A stretch of DNA of 52,131 bases, the filler included, from Porpidia crustulata (lineage: Eukaryota): assembly GCA_964255105.1 (NCBI GenBank). It is 2 parts of 2 records of this genome, joined end to end, with 100 filler letters (N's around TTAATTAATTAA, not from the genome) between each part and the next. Parts side by side here need not be neighbours in the genome. Positions count along the whole stretch, not along the records: positions 1 to 26,049 come from CAXUWE010000041.1; 1 more part is not named here. The stretch is one strand, 5' to 3'. Below the pieces are notes generated by a model that saw only the letters and a list, made by a program, of their open reading frames with translations, did not search any database and had not been told where the DNA came from. Both the position numbers and the translations under genes were made by a program. Positions 13,228 to 25,300 of the stretch are shown one piece after another. How positions within the stretch are numbered: position 1 is the stretch's first letter; every line of letters begins with the position of its first letter.

Positions 13228-13743
13228 TCAGCCTAACAAGCTTGTGCCTCTGATGTTGAGCCTTTGATCATCTTCGCGCTCCTTCCAAAGCGCGTATCCC
13301 ACTCCTGGATTTGTCGTCTCGCCACTTTGATGACTTTTTCGGCAAATCCACACCTTCCCATCATGGCTAACAATATCATTTGTCGTGTATTTCACGTCAG
13401 AGGGACTCCATTCTCGGACGTGTGCCCCACGACTTCTTTTTCGCTTCTTGGCGGCGCTCACTCCTGCATGTTTGTTTTTCCACATACCTCCATACACGTA
13501 AAAGGGTTTATCTGGACCGTCGATCTCGCCGCCTGAGACTTTTTTCCAGCATTTTGACGTGCAGACGAAGTGCCATTGGAGTGTCTCGTCTGTGCGGCAG
13601 CGAACAAGGACGTTACTTGGTACATGGCAAAGATCGCATTGTTTGCGGTAGGAAGAAGGGGACTTGGAGCGTTTACTAGAATTTTTGGTAGTAGCTGTGA
13701 GAGATGGACCTGTATGTGTCTCAATGTCTTGAATGGTAGTCAT
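13228..13743 (-). CDS. Small protein: Cys-rich conserved domain plus C-terminal CBM5/12 (ChtBD3)-like module
   Basis: Intronless ORF from ATG at 13743. CDLC...VLVRCRTDETLQWHFVCTSKCWKKVSGG...YVYGGMWKNKH, followed by W...Y..NDIVSHDGKVWIC..SH.S....P.....LW. Confidence 0.75.
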   Translation of the reverse strand: MTTIQDIETHTGPSLTATTKNSSKRSKSPSSYRKQCDLCHVPSNVLVRCRTDETLQWHFVCTSKCWKKVSGGEIDGPDKPFYVYGGMWKNKHAGVSAAKKRKRSRGAHVREWSPSDVKYTTNDIVSHDGKVWICRKSHQSGETTNPGVGYALWKEREDDQRLNIRGTSLLG

Positions 13744-13888
13744 TACAGGCAATTCTAGATTGAAGTTATCGAAGATTTTCTCTGGAGAGAATGATTCTTT
13801 TTCGCGCTAGCGCTTCCCGGGATGACGATGAACTTTTAGAATTTTGGCCTCCAAGCTTCACCAAGTCACCACTATCCTTTAATCAACA

Positions 13889-14674
13889 ATGATCCAGCGA
13901 TCTCTACTTCGACAGTCACGGCAGATAAACTCAAGGTTAAGATGCCATCCTAATACTTCGCCCTCGACATTATACTTCAACTCATTACGAACGACCACTT
14001 CGCCTTTACGGCAAAGGATAGCTTCAAGATGCTATTCCACCACAAACGAAGATACCTCCAGCGCCAGCTCTGACACCCCAGGAGCCGACAAGGGCCAGCC
14101 AGAAGCACAAGAAGAAGCAGATCCAGTGAAGAAAGAGCTCGACGCCAAGCACCGAGAAGTCATCGACCTAAAAGCAAGCCTGCCACTCCACCGACCCTCT
14201 TTCGTCCCAACAGCTAACCCTCCACCCGCACAGGACAAATACCTCCGCTCCGTCGCCGAATTCCGCAACCTCCAAGATCGCACCAAACGCGACATCCAAT
14301 CCGCCAAAGACTTCGCCATCACCAAATTCGCCAAAGACCTCGTCGAATCCGTCGACAACCTCGACCGCGCCATCGGCACCGTCCCGCACGACAAGCTCGC
14401 CCGCGAGGAAACCGACCGCGAACTCGTGACCCTGTACCAGGGCCTGAAGATGACGGAAACCATCCTAATGCAGACGCTGAAGAAGCACGGGCTCGAGCGC
14501 TTCGATCCTGCCGTCGAGGGCGAGAAGTTCAACCCGAACTTGCACGAGGCCACGTTTCAGACGCCGGTGGAGGGGAAGGAGGATGGGAGTGTGTTTACGA
14601 CACAGCAGAAGGGTTTTGTGCTGAATGGGAGGGTGTTGAGGGCGGCGAAGGTGGGGGTGGTGAAGAATTCATAG
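13889..14674 (+). CDS. MGE1: Mitochondrial GrpE nucleotide-exchange factor; GC-AG intron 14174-14233
   Basis: Arg/Ser-rich presequence; DKYLRSVAEFRNLQ, KFAKDLVESVDNLDRA, FNPNLHEA, GFVLNGRVLRAAKVGV. Confidence 0.96.
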   Translation: MIQRSLLRQSRQINSRLRCHPNTSPSTLYFNSLRTTTSPLRQRIASRCYSTTNEDTSSASSDTPGADKGQPEAQEEADPVKKELDAKHREVIDLKASLPLHRPSFVPTANPPPAQDKYLRSVAEFRNLQDRTKRDIQSAKDFAITKFAKDLVESVDNLDRAIGTVPHDKLAREETDRELVTLYQGLKMTETILMQTLKKHGLERFDPAVEGEKFNPNLHEATFQTPVEGKEDGSVFTTQQKGFVLNGRVLRAAKVGVVKNS

Positions 14675-15058
14675 TTGGAGGGAGACATGGGGTGTGGGCC
14701 TCATTGTCTTCCTGGGCACGTCCCGTTTCGTGTCGGTAATGATTCTCCGTGGCATCGGAGACGATCTTTGTAATATACTCCCTCCTCTACCTCAAGTAGG
14801 TTTGTCATAATTAATAACCTTGTATGTACATCAGCAGATATGCTGTGAACCAACAGCTCATATTACTGCCCTCGATGTGGTGTGACTGATCAGGAATTTG
14901 GTTTATGGGCACGGCTCTTCTTGCCGCTTACTTGCGATCAGTCTAAGCTGACTTGCGGCTCTGGAGCAAGCTGATCCTACGTTGTGCACTCATCGAAGCC
15001 TTTATTGTCCTTATTGAAGGGTGGATTGTTTTCATATTAATTTCTCCCAACGTCCTAA

Positions 15059-16562
15059 TCATCTCACCTCAACCCCCAACTTCTCCACAAGTCGCTTCTT
15101 CACTTCAGTGTGCAACTCGTTCACCTTCTCATTAGACAACGTCCTCTCCAAGCTTCGATAGTTGATGCGGTAGCAAAGACTCTTCCGCCCGGAAGTCGGA
15201 TGCGAAAATTCATCCACCAACTTCACGTCCTCAACCAGATTGCCTCCGACACCTCTCACAACCTCCATGAAATCATTCTCGTGGTAATCTTGGGCGTTGC
15301 TCCCTAAGCCGCCGCCAGCGCTGTTACTCGAGCTTCGAAGCCAGAACGCCACGTCTTTGTAGCAGGCAGGATGTTTGGAGAACGGGACGAAGCGCTTGAT
15401 GGATGTGATATTGGTGAATTGCGAGAGGAAACGACTGTCATTGGACCAGAAGAGCCGTATGTCTGGAATTGAAAACAAAAGCATTGCAACGCGCTCCAGG
15501 CCGATGCCGAATGCCCAACCCACGCGGTCTGGTACCCCTGCGTTATTGAGTAGCTCCTGCTTCACAATACCACATCCGAGTAATTCCAGCCAGTCGCCTT
15601 GCCAGAAGACTTCCAACTCCCAAGAAGGGCTTGTCCAAGGGAAGTAGGCCTCGATCCAGCGAACCTTAAGGGGCTCATCTTGAGCCTGTGATCCAGTGGC
15701 CTGATTCGCCTTCGCAAAGAGCTCTACAACCACGTCCTCGACAGATCTTTTCAGGTGTGCAGCGATAGCTTCGGCCTCTTCTATGGTGTGATGTTCCGCC
15801 TGAAGTGGATTCCTCTCCAGGTGGACGGTTGGATTTGGGTCTTCCACCTGCAAATCGTGTTTTGGTAGCTTTTCCAGATCTTCCCAAACAGCTTTGGCTA
15901 TATCCCCTTGAGGCACTTTTCGGCGGTCCCACATCCTCGCCCCTTCCATTTGATGGAAGATGGGATTGTGACTCCGGTCAATAGCATCGCGGCGGAAAAC
16001 GTTTGCACTAATGGTGTATCCCTCGCTCTCGTCTGCGCGGAATATGTCTGCCTCATGTGCGCTAGTATGCGTCCTGAGAACAGTGTCTTTGTTGATGTAG
16101 TATGTATCTGTACGATTTCGGCCGGGGTGATCTGGAGGAAAACCCAGTGAATCGAAATTTTGGGCTACGCTGACAACGGGCGAAAAGGTGTTGTAGTGCT
16201 TGTAGACGGGTGAAGGAAAACGTGACTCAATGAGTTCACGAACGAGAGCGACGGGATGAGAAGGTTGAAGGTGGAGACGGCGAGGAACAGCGCAGATGAT
16301 GGAAGGAGGAACATTTGTCCAGGCATCCGTAGGGTAGGAAGAGCCATCGATGTCAAGTAATGAATGGTTGAAGACCTCTATATTGCCGTTAGAACTACGA
16401 TACCGCGTATCTTCAATAGATTTAGTCTTTACCAGTGGACTGGTGCCGGTTTTGCTGGTGAGACGGTTGCTGTACATGACGACATGATGTCGGTCTGTAC
16501 CCCAGAGATAACCATCTGTCGAGTACGTACTTGACAGCTTTTGTTGGTCTTGGCCCGTTCAT
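15059..16562 (-). CDS. MSF1: Mitochondrial phenylalanyl-tRNA synthetase; intron 16378-16432
   Basis: VLRTHTSAH, FRRDAIDRSHNPIFHQMEG, YFPWTSPSWELE, GWAFGIGLER and a C-terminal FDX-ACB domain. An upstream exon from ATG 16562 splices in frame. Confidence 0.95.
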
Positions 16563-16905
16563 GTCGCGAAGCTCAGAGACGGAGATGCAGCGTGAAACCT
16601 GTCGCGGCGCCTATCGCGCTAAAATCTATCGATCTGAATTTCAAAGGAGATCTTCTGATCTCTTCACCGGCAATAAATTAAATGGAGTCCTGCAAGTCTA
16701 CTATGTAGAACTCGCCTGCCAAGTACGTTCCTTTGAGCTGCATACTACCATACCAGTTTGGCAGCGAAAGAAAAATCTGGGCGAGCCATGAATTGCCACC
16801 ATCCGATACCGTTACCCCTGCGATCAAAGTATAAGTTAGGCGCTTGGTATCGTCTTTGATAGAGTGTTTAAAAGACATCATCCTTGGTCCGCTTCTGCAG
16901 CCTTC

Positions 16906-17745
16906 ATGGCTCTGCGCCCATCAGTTTTCCGGAATCTTGAGTTCCTCAAGCGTTGCTCTCAGATCCGCTTCAACTCTACATCTTCCGTCAATCCCACTGA
17001 AATCTCCCATTTTAATGCTCTTGCATCCACCTGGTGGGACCCTCATGGCTCCTCTCGCCTCCTCCATCTCATGAATCCTCTACGACATGACTTTATATCA
17101 AGCTGCCATGCTTCTCAACCCGAAGGCTCGCCTTGCAGCCGTATACGCTATCTCGACGTGGGTTGCGGAGGTGGCATATTTGCCGAGAGCGCTGCTCGTC
17201 TTCCAAACACTGCGAATGTGACAGCAATCGATCCCAGTAGTGAAGTGATTACAGTCGCAAAGGCCCACGCGCGACGGGATCCCTTACTCGTGGAACCGGG
17301 ACGGCTAGAATATCTGAACCAGTCGATCGAGGATCTTGCTCAGCCAAGCACGTCGGAAAATCGCTTCGACGTAGTTTCTCTTTTCGAAGTCATCGAGCAC
17401 ATTAGCCACCCTGCGCCGTTCCTGAAAACGTGTCTTCCATTTGTCAAGCCTGGTGGTTGGCTCGTACTCAGTACTATAGCGAGGACTTGGACGAGCTGGT
17501 TGACAACAAAGATTGTTGCAGAGGATGTGATGAGGATAGTATCCAAGGGGACCCACGATTGGAACAAATACATCAATGAGCAGGAGTTGAGAGAGTTCTT
17601 CATGGCCCAGGAGGGATGGGGTGGGGAAGGATCTGTAAAAGCTATGGGCTGTATATTTGTGCCTGGGTTGGGTTGGAACATGGTCGAAGGGAGTGAAAGG
17701 TGGGGGAATTATTTCTTCGGGGTCCGAAGGAATTTTGTACAATAA
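16906..17745 (+). CDS. COQ3: Hexaprenyldihydroxybenzoate / ubiquinone O-methyltransferase
   Basis: SVNPTEISHFNALASTWWDPHG, LHLMNPLR, LDVGCGGG (SAM motif I), EVIEH, KGTHDWNKYIN; presequence-like N-terminus. Confidence 0.95.
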   Translation: MALRPSVFRNLEFLKRCSQIRFNSTSSVNPTEISHFNALASTWWDPHGSSRLLHLMNPLRHDFISSCHASQPEGSPCSRIRYLDVGCGGGIFAESAARLPNTANVTAIDPSSEVITVAKAHARRDPLLVEPGRLEYLNQSIEDLAQPSTSENRFDVVSLFEVIEHISHPAPFLKTCLPFVKPGGWLVLSTIARTWTSWLTTKIVAEDVMRIVSKGTHDWNKYINEQELREFFMAQEGWGGEGSVKAMGCIFVPGLGWNMVEGSERWGNYFFGVRRNFVQ

Positions 17746-17960
17746 CAGCGCCAAGTTTATAATTATCGATCTTTGTTCTGTATGGCCCATAGTGCTCCTA
17801 GTAGATACATTGGTAGGGTCACCACTTATTAGACTTTAAGTCTTCGATCCCATAGTTGATCCACGTCATCAGCAAATTGGTATCCAGTTTCCCCTACTAA
17901 ACGCCGAACACCCTTTTCGAAAATGCAGCTACTACCATTAACCCTCGCACATGACCACCA

Positions 17961-18818
17961 TCACTTTTTGAGGTGGGAATAATCCCTCAGCATGTCCTTC
18001 ATATGCGTGTTGGTGGTTCTGCCTCCTCTCCGCGGTTTCTTGGTCTTCTTTTCCAGTTGCTTGACCATTGGCTTGAGACCCCTACTCTTATTTGCCGGCA
18101 TTAGACCCACCTTCTCCAGCTCATCTGCCAGCACCCCGGCCTCAGGAAGCTTGATCTTATGCCAGATCTGTTGGAACTCATTGTCGATACTAAATGCCAA
18201 GGTCGGGTCATTCGGCCAAACCATTGTCGGATGGTTGTCCTTCTTATTGCGGATGACCAATAGTTTTCCTTCACCTTCAAACCGATCGATGGCGTCCTCA
18301 GCACCTCTCCAACCCTCTCGAAGTTCGCGCACCCTGAGACCTTGTGCGGTTCGTTGCGTTTGTAGAAAGCCTAAAAGTTGCTCTGCGGATTTGATGTTAT
18401 GCAGTGGTCGGAAGCTGAATGTACCATATTTCCTGTCATAATTCACTTTCTCGTGGTTGGTCAGAATTCTGAATATCATCTGCTTGTATTCTTCGGGCTG
18501 GTATTGCAACGACAAGTATAGCAACAATTGCTCAAGCGTTTGAGGAGTATCTTTATCTTGTAGGTAATCGAGAGCATATCGAATCTTGGTGCCTGTCTCA
18601 TGCCCGGTACCGGTATCCGCTGGCTGAGAGAAGACAACATTACTCGGCTCAGGTCGTTTGCGTTTGAGATCTTGCTTGCTCGACGTCTGTACTTGAGACG
18701 AGGCCGGGGAGGGACTCGGTTGTGCAGAGGCAGTCACGGTTCGCTTGCTTGAAATCTTACCAGAAGCTGACGTAAGGTTGGCTTTGAAGCCATTGATCTG
18801 GTTCTCAAAGTACGACAT
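17961..18818 (-). CDS. TFA2: Transcription initiation factor TFIIE beta subunit
   Basis: FSQPADTGTG, FRPLHNIKSAEQLL, GLRVRELREGW, IDNEFQQIWHKIKLP, C-terminal TTNTHMKDMLRDY. Confidence 0.92.
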   Translation of the reverse strand: MSYFENQINGFKANLTSASGKISSKRTVTASAQPSPSPASSQVQTSSKQDLKRKRPEPSNVVFSQPADTGTGHETGTKIRYALDYLQDKDTPQTLEQLLLYLSLQYQPEEYKQMIFRILTNHEKVNYDRKYGTFSFRPLHNIKSAEQLLGFLQTQRTAQGLRVRELREGWRGAEDAIDRFEGEGKLLVIRNKKDNHPTMVWPNDPTLAFSIDNEFQQIWHKIKLPEAGVLADELEKVGLMPANKSRGLKPMVKQLEKKTKKPRRGGRTTNTHMKDMLRDYSHLKK

Positions 18819-19350
18819 CTTGACGGTGAGGATGGCACAATACCGAGATCGCGTAGCTTCGTTGCAAGACGATGAATTCAAACAGTTTTATCGAATCGAA
18901 ATACGCCGCAGTAGAGGTGATTGATTCGAGAAGTATTTGCGCGCGGTATACTTGTTGCCAGTATATCTAAAAAGTATATGCTTGAGTAGGACATAAATAT
19001 GTAGGTAGGTAGGAAATTGAAATGTGGTGCAGGCTACCGCGGTCTCGGCATGCTAACTAGTCCATATTCAGTAAAAATGCTCTCAGAATCTTGAAAGTGA
19101 GTCGAACAAAGGCAGCAATAACACTTTTCCATACCAAATTCTCAAGTGCCATCAATTCGGTTGGACCGTTCTGTAGCTTCCAGAAACATGTGTTGGACCT
19201 TAAGCTAAGCGGATACCGAATCGCCAACTTAGGCCCAAGTACAAATATCACTTCTTGACACACCCTTTATTTAGCTATTGACCCCAATCTCTAGGCATAA
19301 CGACTCTTTTGAGAATCATGAGATCGCGCGCACTCTAAGAGTACGCCATC

Positions 19351-22300
19351 ATGGCAGCCGTAGAGCTGGACGTTGCACGCCTTGCGGGGTTCTGCTCACT
19401 GCCGCCATCCTCGATCGAGATTCTATGTGACGCCCCAACTATTGAGCTAGTTCGAACACTCCTCAGCAATATCTCAGAACGAGCTCGTGAATTCGACGAA
19501 ATCAAGTCGGAGAAGCTCAAACTCGGTATTGAACTAGAGAATGCCGTGCGCGGGGGAGAGTCCAAGAGCCGCGTTCTCAAAAGCTCCGTTGACAAATGTA
19601 TCAAAGAAGCTTCAGAACTGAGAGAGAAACTCAAGCTAGCAGGTAAGTAGCGAGTCTAGCGCTGGAGAAACAAAATCTGATCCGGACCATTACAGAACAA
19701 TCAAGAGCGTCGCAAGAGCAAGAATTTGAAGCATTCAAATCCTCCAACTCCTCGTCAATCTCTGAAGTGTCTACGCTCAAAACACGCATCGAAGTACTCG
19801 AGTCATCTAGCCGCGACACAATATCTTTGTTAGAGTCGAAATCGACCGCCTATGACAAACTAGCAGAAGAGCTTAGGGGACAACACCAAAAGACGATCGA
19901 CCTCAGACGTGAAGCCTCCAACCTAGAGCAAAGTATTCAGTCTGCGAATGCTGCATCAACGAGTGCATCGTATCATGAGCAAGGTCTCCAGCAGGAAGTT
20001 GAACAGCTGAAGAGAAGCAACGAATGGCTAGACTCCGAGCTTAAGACCAAAGCGGAAGAATACTCGAAGTATCGAAAAGAGAAGAGTGCTCGGCTTGCAG
20101 AGCTTCAGCGCCATAATGACGAGGCTGCTAGCTCAATCGACACTCTCAAACGAACGCACAGTAATCTACAGCAGCGATATGAAGACGTGAGTCAGAAGGC
20201 TGATGACTGTCTTTCCAAGATCCAACAGATGCAAGAGGACGCAGCTAGAAAGGACGAGGCTTTCCAGGTCGAAATTGTCGCTGCAAATCGCCTTACTGAG
20301 CTCCTGCAGAATTCTGCCAAAACTGAGAAACAGCGCCAGCAAGACCTCCGTGACCAACTGGAGACTGCAAAGGAAGAGGCCGCCGAACAGTTCGGTCGAA
20401 TGGCTGCGGAGATCGACACAGAGCATCGCAACTGGGAGGCTTCTGAGCGTAGAATTGCAGAGCTTGAAATTCAAGTTGAACACCTTGAGGCTGATATTTC
20501 GAGGCTACAAAGTCATACAAATCTTCATCAAGGCATTAATGGACACACGACACCAAGTCTTGCGGGGTCTCCAGCAGCAGGTGTTTCTGCGAGTCCCTCT
20601 AAATTCAAGGGAGGGTTTAGCGTTACGCAACTGCTCAGTGATCTCAACGATACGAAAGGAGAGCTGAATTCGGTCAATGCCCGGAATGAGAAGCTATCCG
20701 ATGCTATGAATACCATGTTACAGGATTTGGAGAGCAAACAGCCTGAGATTGAAGAGATTTATGCAGATAATGGGCGGCTTCAATCAGAATTGGCTGAAGT
20801 GTCCGCTTTACTCGAGGACGTAGGCAAGGAGCGTGACCGAGCCGTCAAGGATACTCGAAAGAAGGAAGGTCAGGTTGAAGCCAAGATCAAGGAAGGCGAA
20901 GTACTTCGACAACAGCTCCGAGACCTAAGCTCCCAGGTCAAGGTTCTGTTGATGGAATCCCACCTCAGGGATCAAGGGCTTGAAGGACTGAGTAAAGAGG
21001 GACAACTACAATTAGAAAGACTTGCTCAGGTACAAGCCAATGACATTATCGACAACTCAACAGACACAGATCGATTTATTAGCGAAAATTTGGTCACGTT
21101 CAAGAACATCACCGAGCTTCAGGAGCAGAACTCCAACTTACTTAAGGTCACCAGAGAAGTGGGCGAGCGGATGGAGCACGAAGAAGCGTTGCGAAAACAA
21201 TCAGAAGCCGCGCAAGATCGAGAGGAACTTCAAAAAAACTACGAGCGCTGCAAGGATGAGATCAAATCGCTTGTAACACAATCTCAGAGTTATATCCGCG
21301 AGCGTGATATGTTCAGACGTTTACTTCTTCATCGGAGCCATTTACCGCCCAGTAGCGATAATAATTCCTTGTTTGGTGAGTCTGTGAACGAGGGCCAGGT
21401 ACCGACCACACCAAAGCAAACTGGCATTCTCGAAAGCGTAGAAGCATCTCCAACTTCAAAGGATCTGGCGGATTATACGAAGCTTCTAAGGGACATGCAA
21501 TCTCACTTTGATGCCTATAGAGACGAAGCCTCAACAGATCGCTCAACGTTGAAGGCACAGGTGGATAGCCTTTCCAGGAACAATGGGGAACTCCGCGGTG
21601 AAGTAGCACGGAGCAACAGCCAGGTCTCGCTCGCTCACGAACGCTATGAAATGATCCAAGCCAATTACGCTATGCTCAAGAATGAAAACATGGAGCTGCA
21701 AAAGAAGTCACAATTTTTCTCAGATAATGCGGCAAAGCAAGATTTGCGAACTCAACAGGTTGCCGAGGACCTGGTAGAAGCCAAGGGGCTTCTAGATAGC
21801 ATGAGAAACGAGATTGCGAACCTCAAAGCTGAGAAAGAATTCTGGAAGACGATAGAGAAGAGACTCACCGCTGAGAATCAGAGCTTCTTGGAAGAGCGGA
21901 GTCGTGTAAACAACCTGAATATGAACCTGCAGAATCTCTTGAACGAGCGCGAGTATACGGAAGCCGAATCTCGACGGCGATTGCAGTCGCAAGTTGAAAG
22001 CCTCGAGAGTGAGCTTCAAACAGCCAAGTCCAGGCTTACAGAGGAAACTCAGGTAAACAAGAAAGTGGCTCTCCATCGGGAATTTGATCATCAACAATCA
22101 CAAAAGAGAATTGATGACTTAGTTTCTCGTCTCGGGTCGAGTCGCGAAGAGCTTGTTGCTGCGACAACAACTCGCGATCATCTACAGGTCCGACTAGACG
22201 AGATGGCCATCCAATTACGGAGCGCCGAAGAACGGGTGCATGTGTTACAACCGACACCGAAAATTGTCATAGAAACTTCTCAGAACGGAGATGCGCCGAC

Positions 22301-25300
22301 CGAAACAGCTGAAGGTGGAGAAGAGCTGAGCGAAGAACAAGAGCTTGCAATTGAGGTTTCGGAACTCAGGCGCGACCTAGAATTAAGCAAAAGTGAGCTG
22401 GAGAATGCCAAGAGCCAGGTAGAGCAGTACAAAGCAATTAGCCAGGCTTCGGAAGAAGAACTGCAGAGTTTGAATGAAACCCACGATATCTACCAGCAAG
22501 AAACAGATAAAGTGATCGAAGAGCGAAACACCAAGATTCGAGAGCTCGAGGAACGCATGAGTGACATTACCTCTGAACTTGCGACCTCCAATTCCGAACT
22601 TACGGACTTACGCAATAGTCAAGCTGAGAATGGTCGACGGCTCGAGGAGCAGAAATCTACTTTCGACACTGAAATGGCAAAATTAAGAGACCAGGATGAT
22701 CGCCATGCCACTGCCGCGAAATATCACCAAGAAGACCTTAAAGTCCAAGCGGAGATTGCCCAGCAAGCCCAGACAAATTACGAGAATGAGCTGGTTAAGC
22801 ATGCCGAGGCAGCCAAGGTTTTGCAGAAAGTCCGAGCCGACTACAACCACCTCAAGGTCGAGACTGTTGAATTGAAGACCGAGGCCGAGTCTGCGCGGAC
22901 CAAGCTGGTCCAAAGCGAGGAGAGTTGGAGTTCCACGCGTCAAAGCTACGAGAGAGAACTGGCTGATCTCAAATCCGGAAGAGAGAATCTCAGCGCCCAG
23001 AACGACCATCTACACCAACAACTAGAAAATGTCAGCGCCCAGATATTTAGCCTGCAGAAACGCGCCCCGACTAGCGATGTTGATGATACTGGCGGGGAGG
23101 CCCCAACTTCTAGTCTTGAAAACCTTCAGGAAGTCATCAAATACCTACGGCGCGAGAAAAACATTGTCGAAGTTCAATGGGAGGTGTCTGCCCACGAAGC
23201 GAATCGCTTGAAGCAGCAGCTTGATTACACTCAGAGCCAGCTAGACGAGACTAGATTGAAACTCAATCAGCAACGGCGGATCGAGGAAGACAGTGAACGT
23301 TCGGCACTGACCCACAACAAGCTTATGGAAACTCTGAATGAGCTTAATACTTTCCGTGAAAGCAGCGTCACCTTGCGCAATGAATCTAGGCAAGCACAAG
23401 CGGCTCTAGCACTTAGATCCAAGGAAGTTGAAGAACTTCTTGCAAAGGTCGAACCCTTACAAGCTGAGGCCGTGGAGCTCCGGAACGAAAAAGAGACACA
23501 GGAGGGTGAAATCACGCTCATGAAGGAAGATCGCGATCGCTGGCAGCAGAGGGCTCAAAGTATTCTTCAAAAGTACGATCGAGTCGACCCTGCTGAGCTA
23601 CAGGCCTTGAAGGAGCAAGCGATGAGCTTAGAGACCGAGCGCGATGAACTTCGTTCAGTGAAACAGACTTTACAAGAACAGCTTGAACGTATGGACGGCG
23701 AAGTCACCAAGGCTCAGGAACAAGGCAATGAAAAGACCGAGGAACTTCGACAGCGGCTTACGGAGCAGTTCAAAACGAGATCAAAAAACCAATCTGCAGT
23801 CATCAGAGAAAAAGATTCCGCACTCCAGTCAGCAAACAAGGAGAAACAAGAACTCCAGGAGCACGTTGCAGATCTGCAGAAAGACTTTGAGGCCGTGAAG
23901 CTAGAAAGGGATCAGGCCATTTACAAGGCCGGGTCAATTCAATCAAACTCACTGGAGTCTGCAGGGCACAATGGGGCAGAGGAAGGGCAGATTGATGAAA
24001 GTGAGGGATCCGGGCCGACAGAATCAGACATGCAGGCATTGAAGGACACGCTCGGCGCGGTACAGCTTGAACTCAGTAAATCCAACGTTGAAAGAGCCGA
24101 GCTAGAGAACGAGTATGACAAGTCCGGAAGGATAATTCAGGAGCTTCTAGATCGCATTTCCGAGCTGGAAGTCCAGATAGTAAGTCTTTTTCAAGTCTTT
24201 TTTTCGAAGGTCAAATTCTCATGTTGTGGCAGACCCAAAAGCAGCGAAACCTCGATGAAACTGTGGCAAAACTTGGCCAAATGCAGGAGAAGCAGTCGAG
24301 TATGACCTCAGATGCGTCGGAGGAGGAAGATGCACGCAAATTACGACAAGAGCTTGCTGAAGCTCAGCACGAAGTGGAGAGCCTAAGAACATCCACATCG
24401 ATTGACGAGGCAATGGCCAATGCTCCAGAAGAGGATGGTACAAAACCCGTTGCGGAACAAATCAAGGAGCATGTCGAGCGGATCCGTGCCGACCTAGAAT
24501 CGCGGCACAATGAGAGAGTTAACCAGGCGGAGGAAACTTTCCAGAGGAGAAGCGATTTGATGAAGACACAATTCAATAAGAAAGTTCCCGAGATCAAGGA
24601 TCAACTTCGGCAGAGTCTGACAGCAGAGCATGAGAAGGTTCTAGAGAGCCTTAGATCAAAACATCGGCAAGATATGGAGGACCTGGGCACAAAGCATCAA
24701 GCGGAACTAGCTGGACTCAAGAATGATCAAGAGCCGAGTCAGAAGGACGCTGGCGCACCAGTCACCGAGCCCGACGAGCAAGCATCAAGAAAGCCACTGG
24801 AGCCAACAGAAGATGAAGCAAAGAAGCTGGTGGAATCAAATGCTACTATAAGAGGTATCCTATCAAGGAATATCGCGGATAAAGTGGCCAAGGCAAAGGA
24901 AATACTGGCAGCCCAGCTAAAAGAAGAACATGAGAAGAGTATAGCCACCAAGCTTGAGGATGCGCAAATTAAAGCCAAATTTGTGAGGGAGCAGGCGGTC
25001 ATGACTGAAGAAAAACGAAACTCCGTAAAGATCAGCATGGCAGACGGCCGAGCGAGAATTGCGAGCTTCAGGTTGAGCTTGATCCAGAAGGCCGCCGACG
25101 AGACACCACAAAAGGCTGTTGTGGAAGTCTGGGCGGTCGTCAAGGATGCCAAAGCACCCCAAGCTCCTGCTCAACAGCCTCAGCAGAAGACACCCCAAAG
25201 AAACTGTGTTGCACAACCAAATGTAGCGATGCAAAGTATTCGAAAGTCTTCGCCAAACACTCTAGGAAGCTCATCACAGATCTCAATATCAACACGCACC

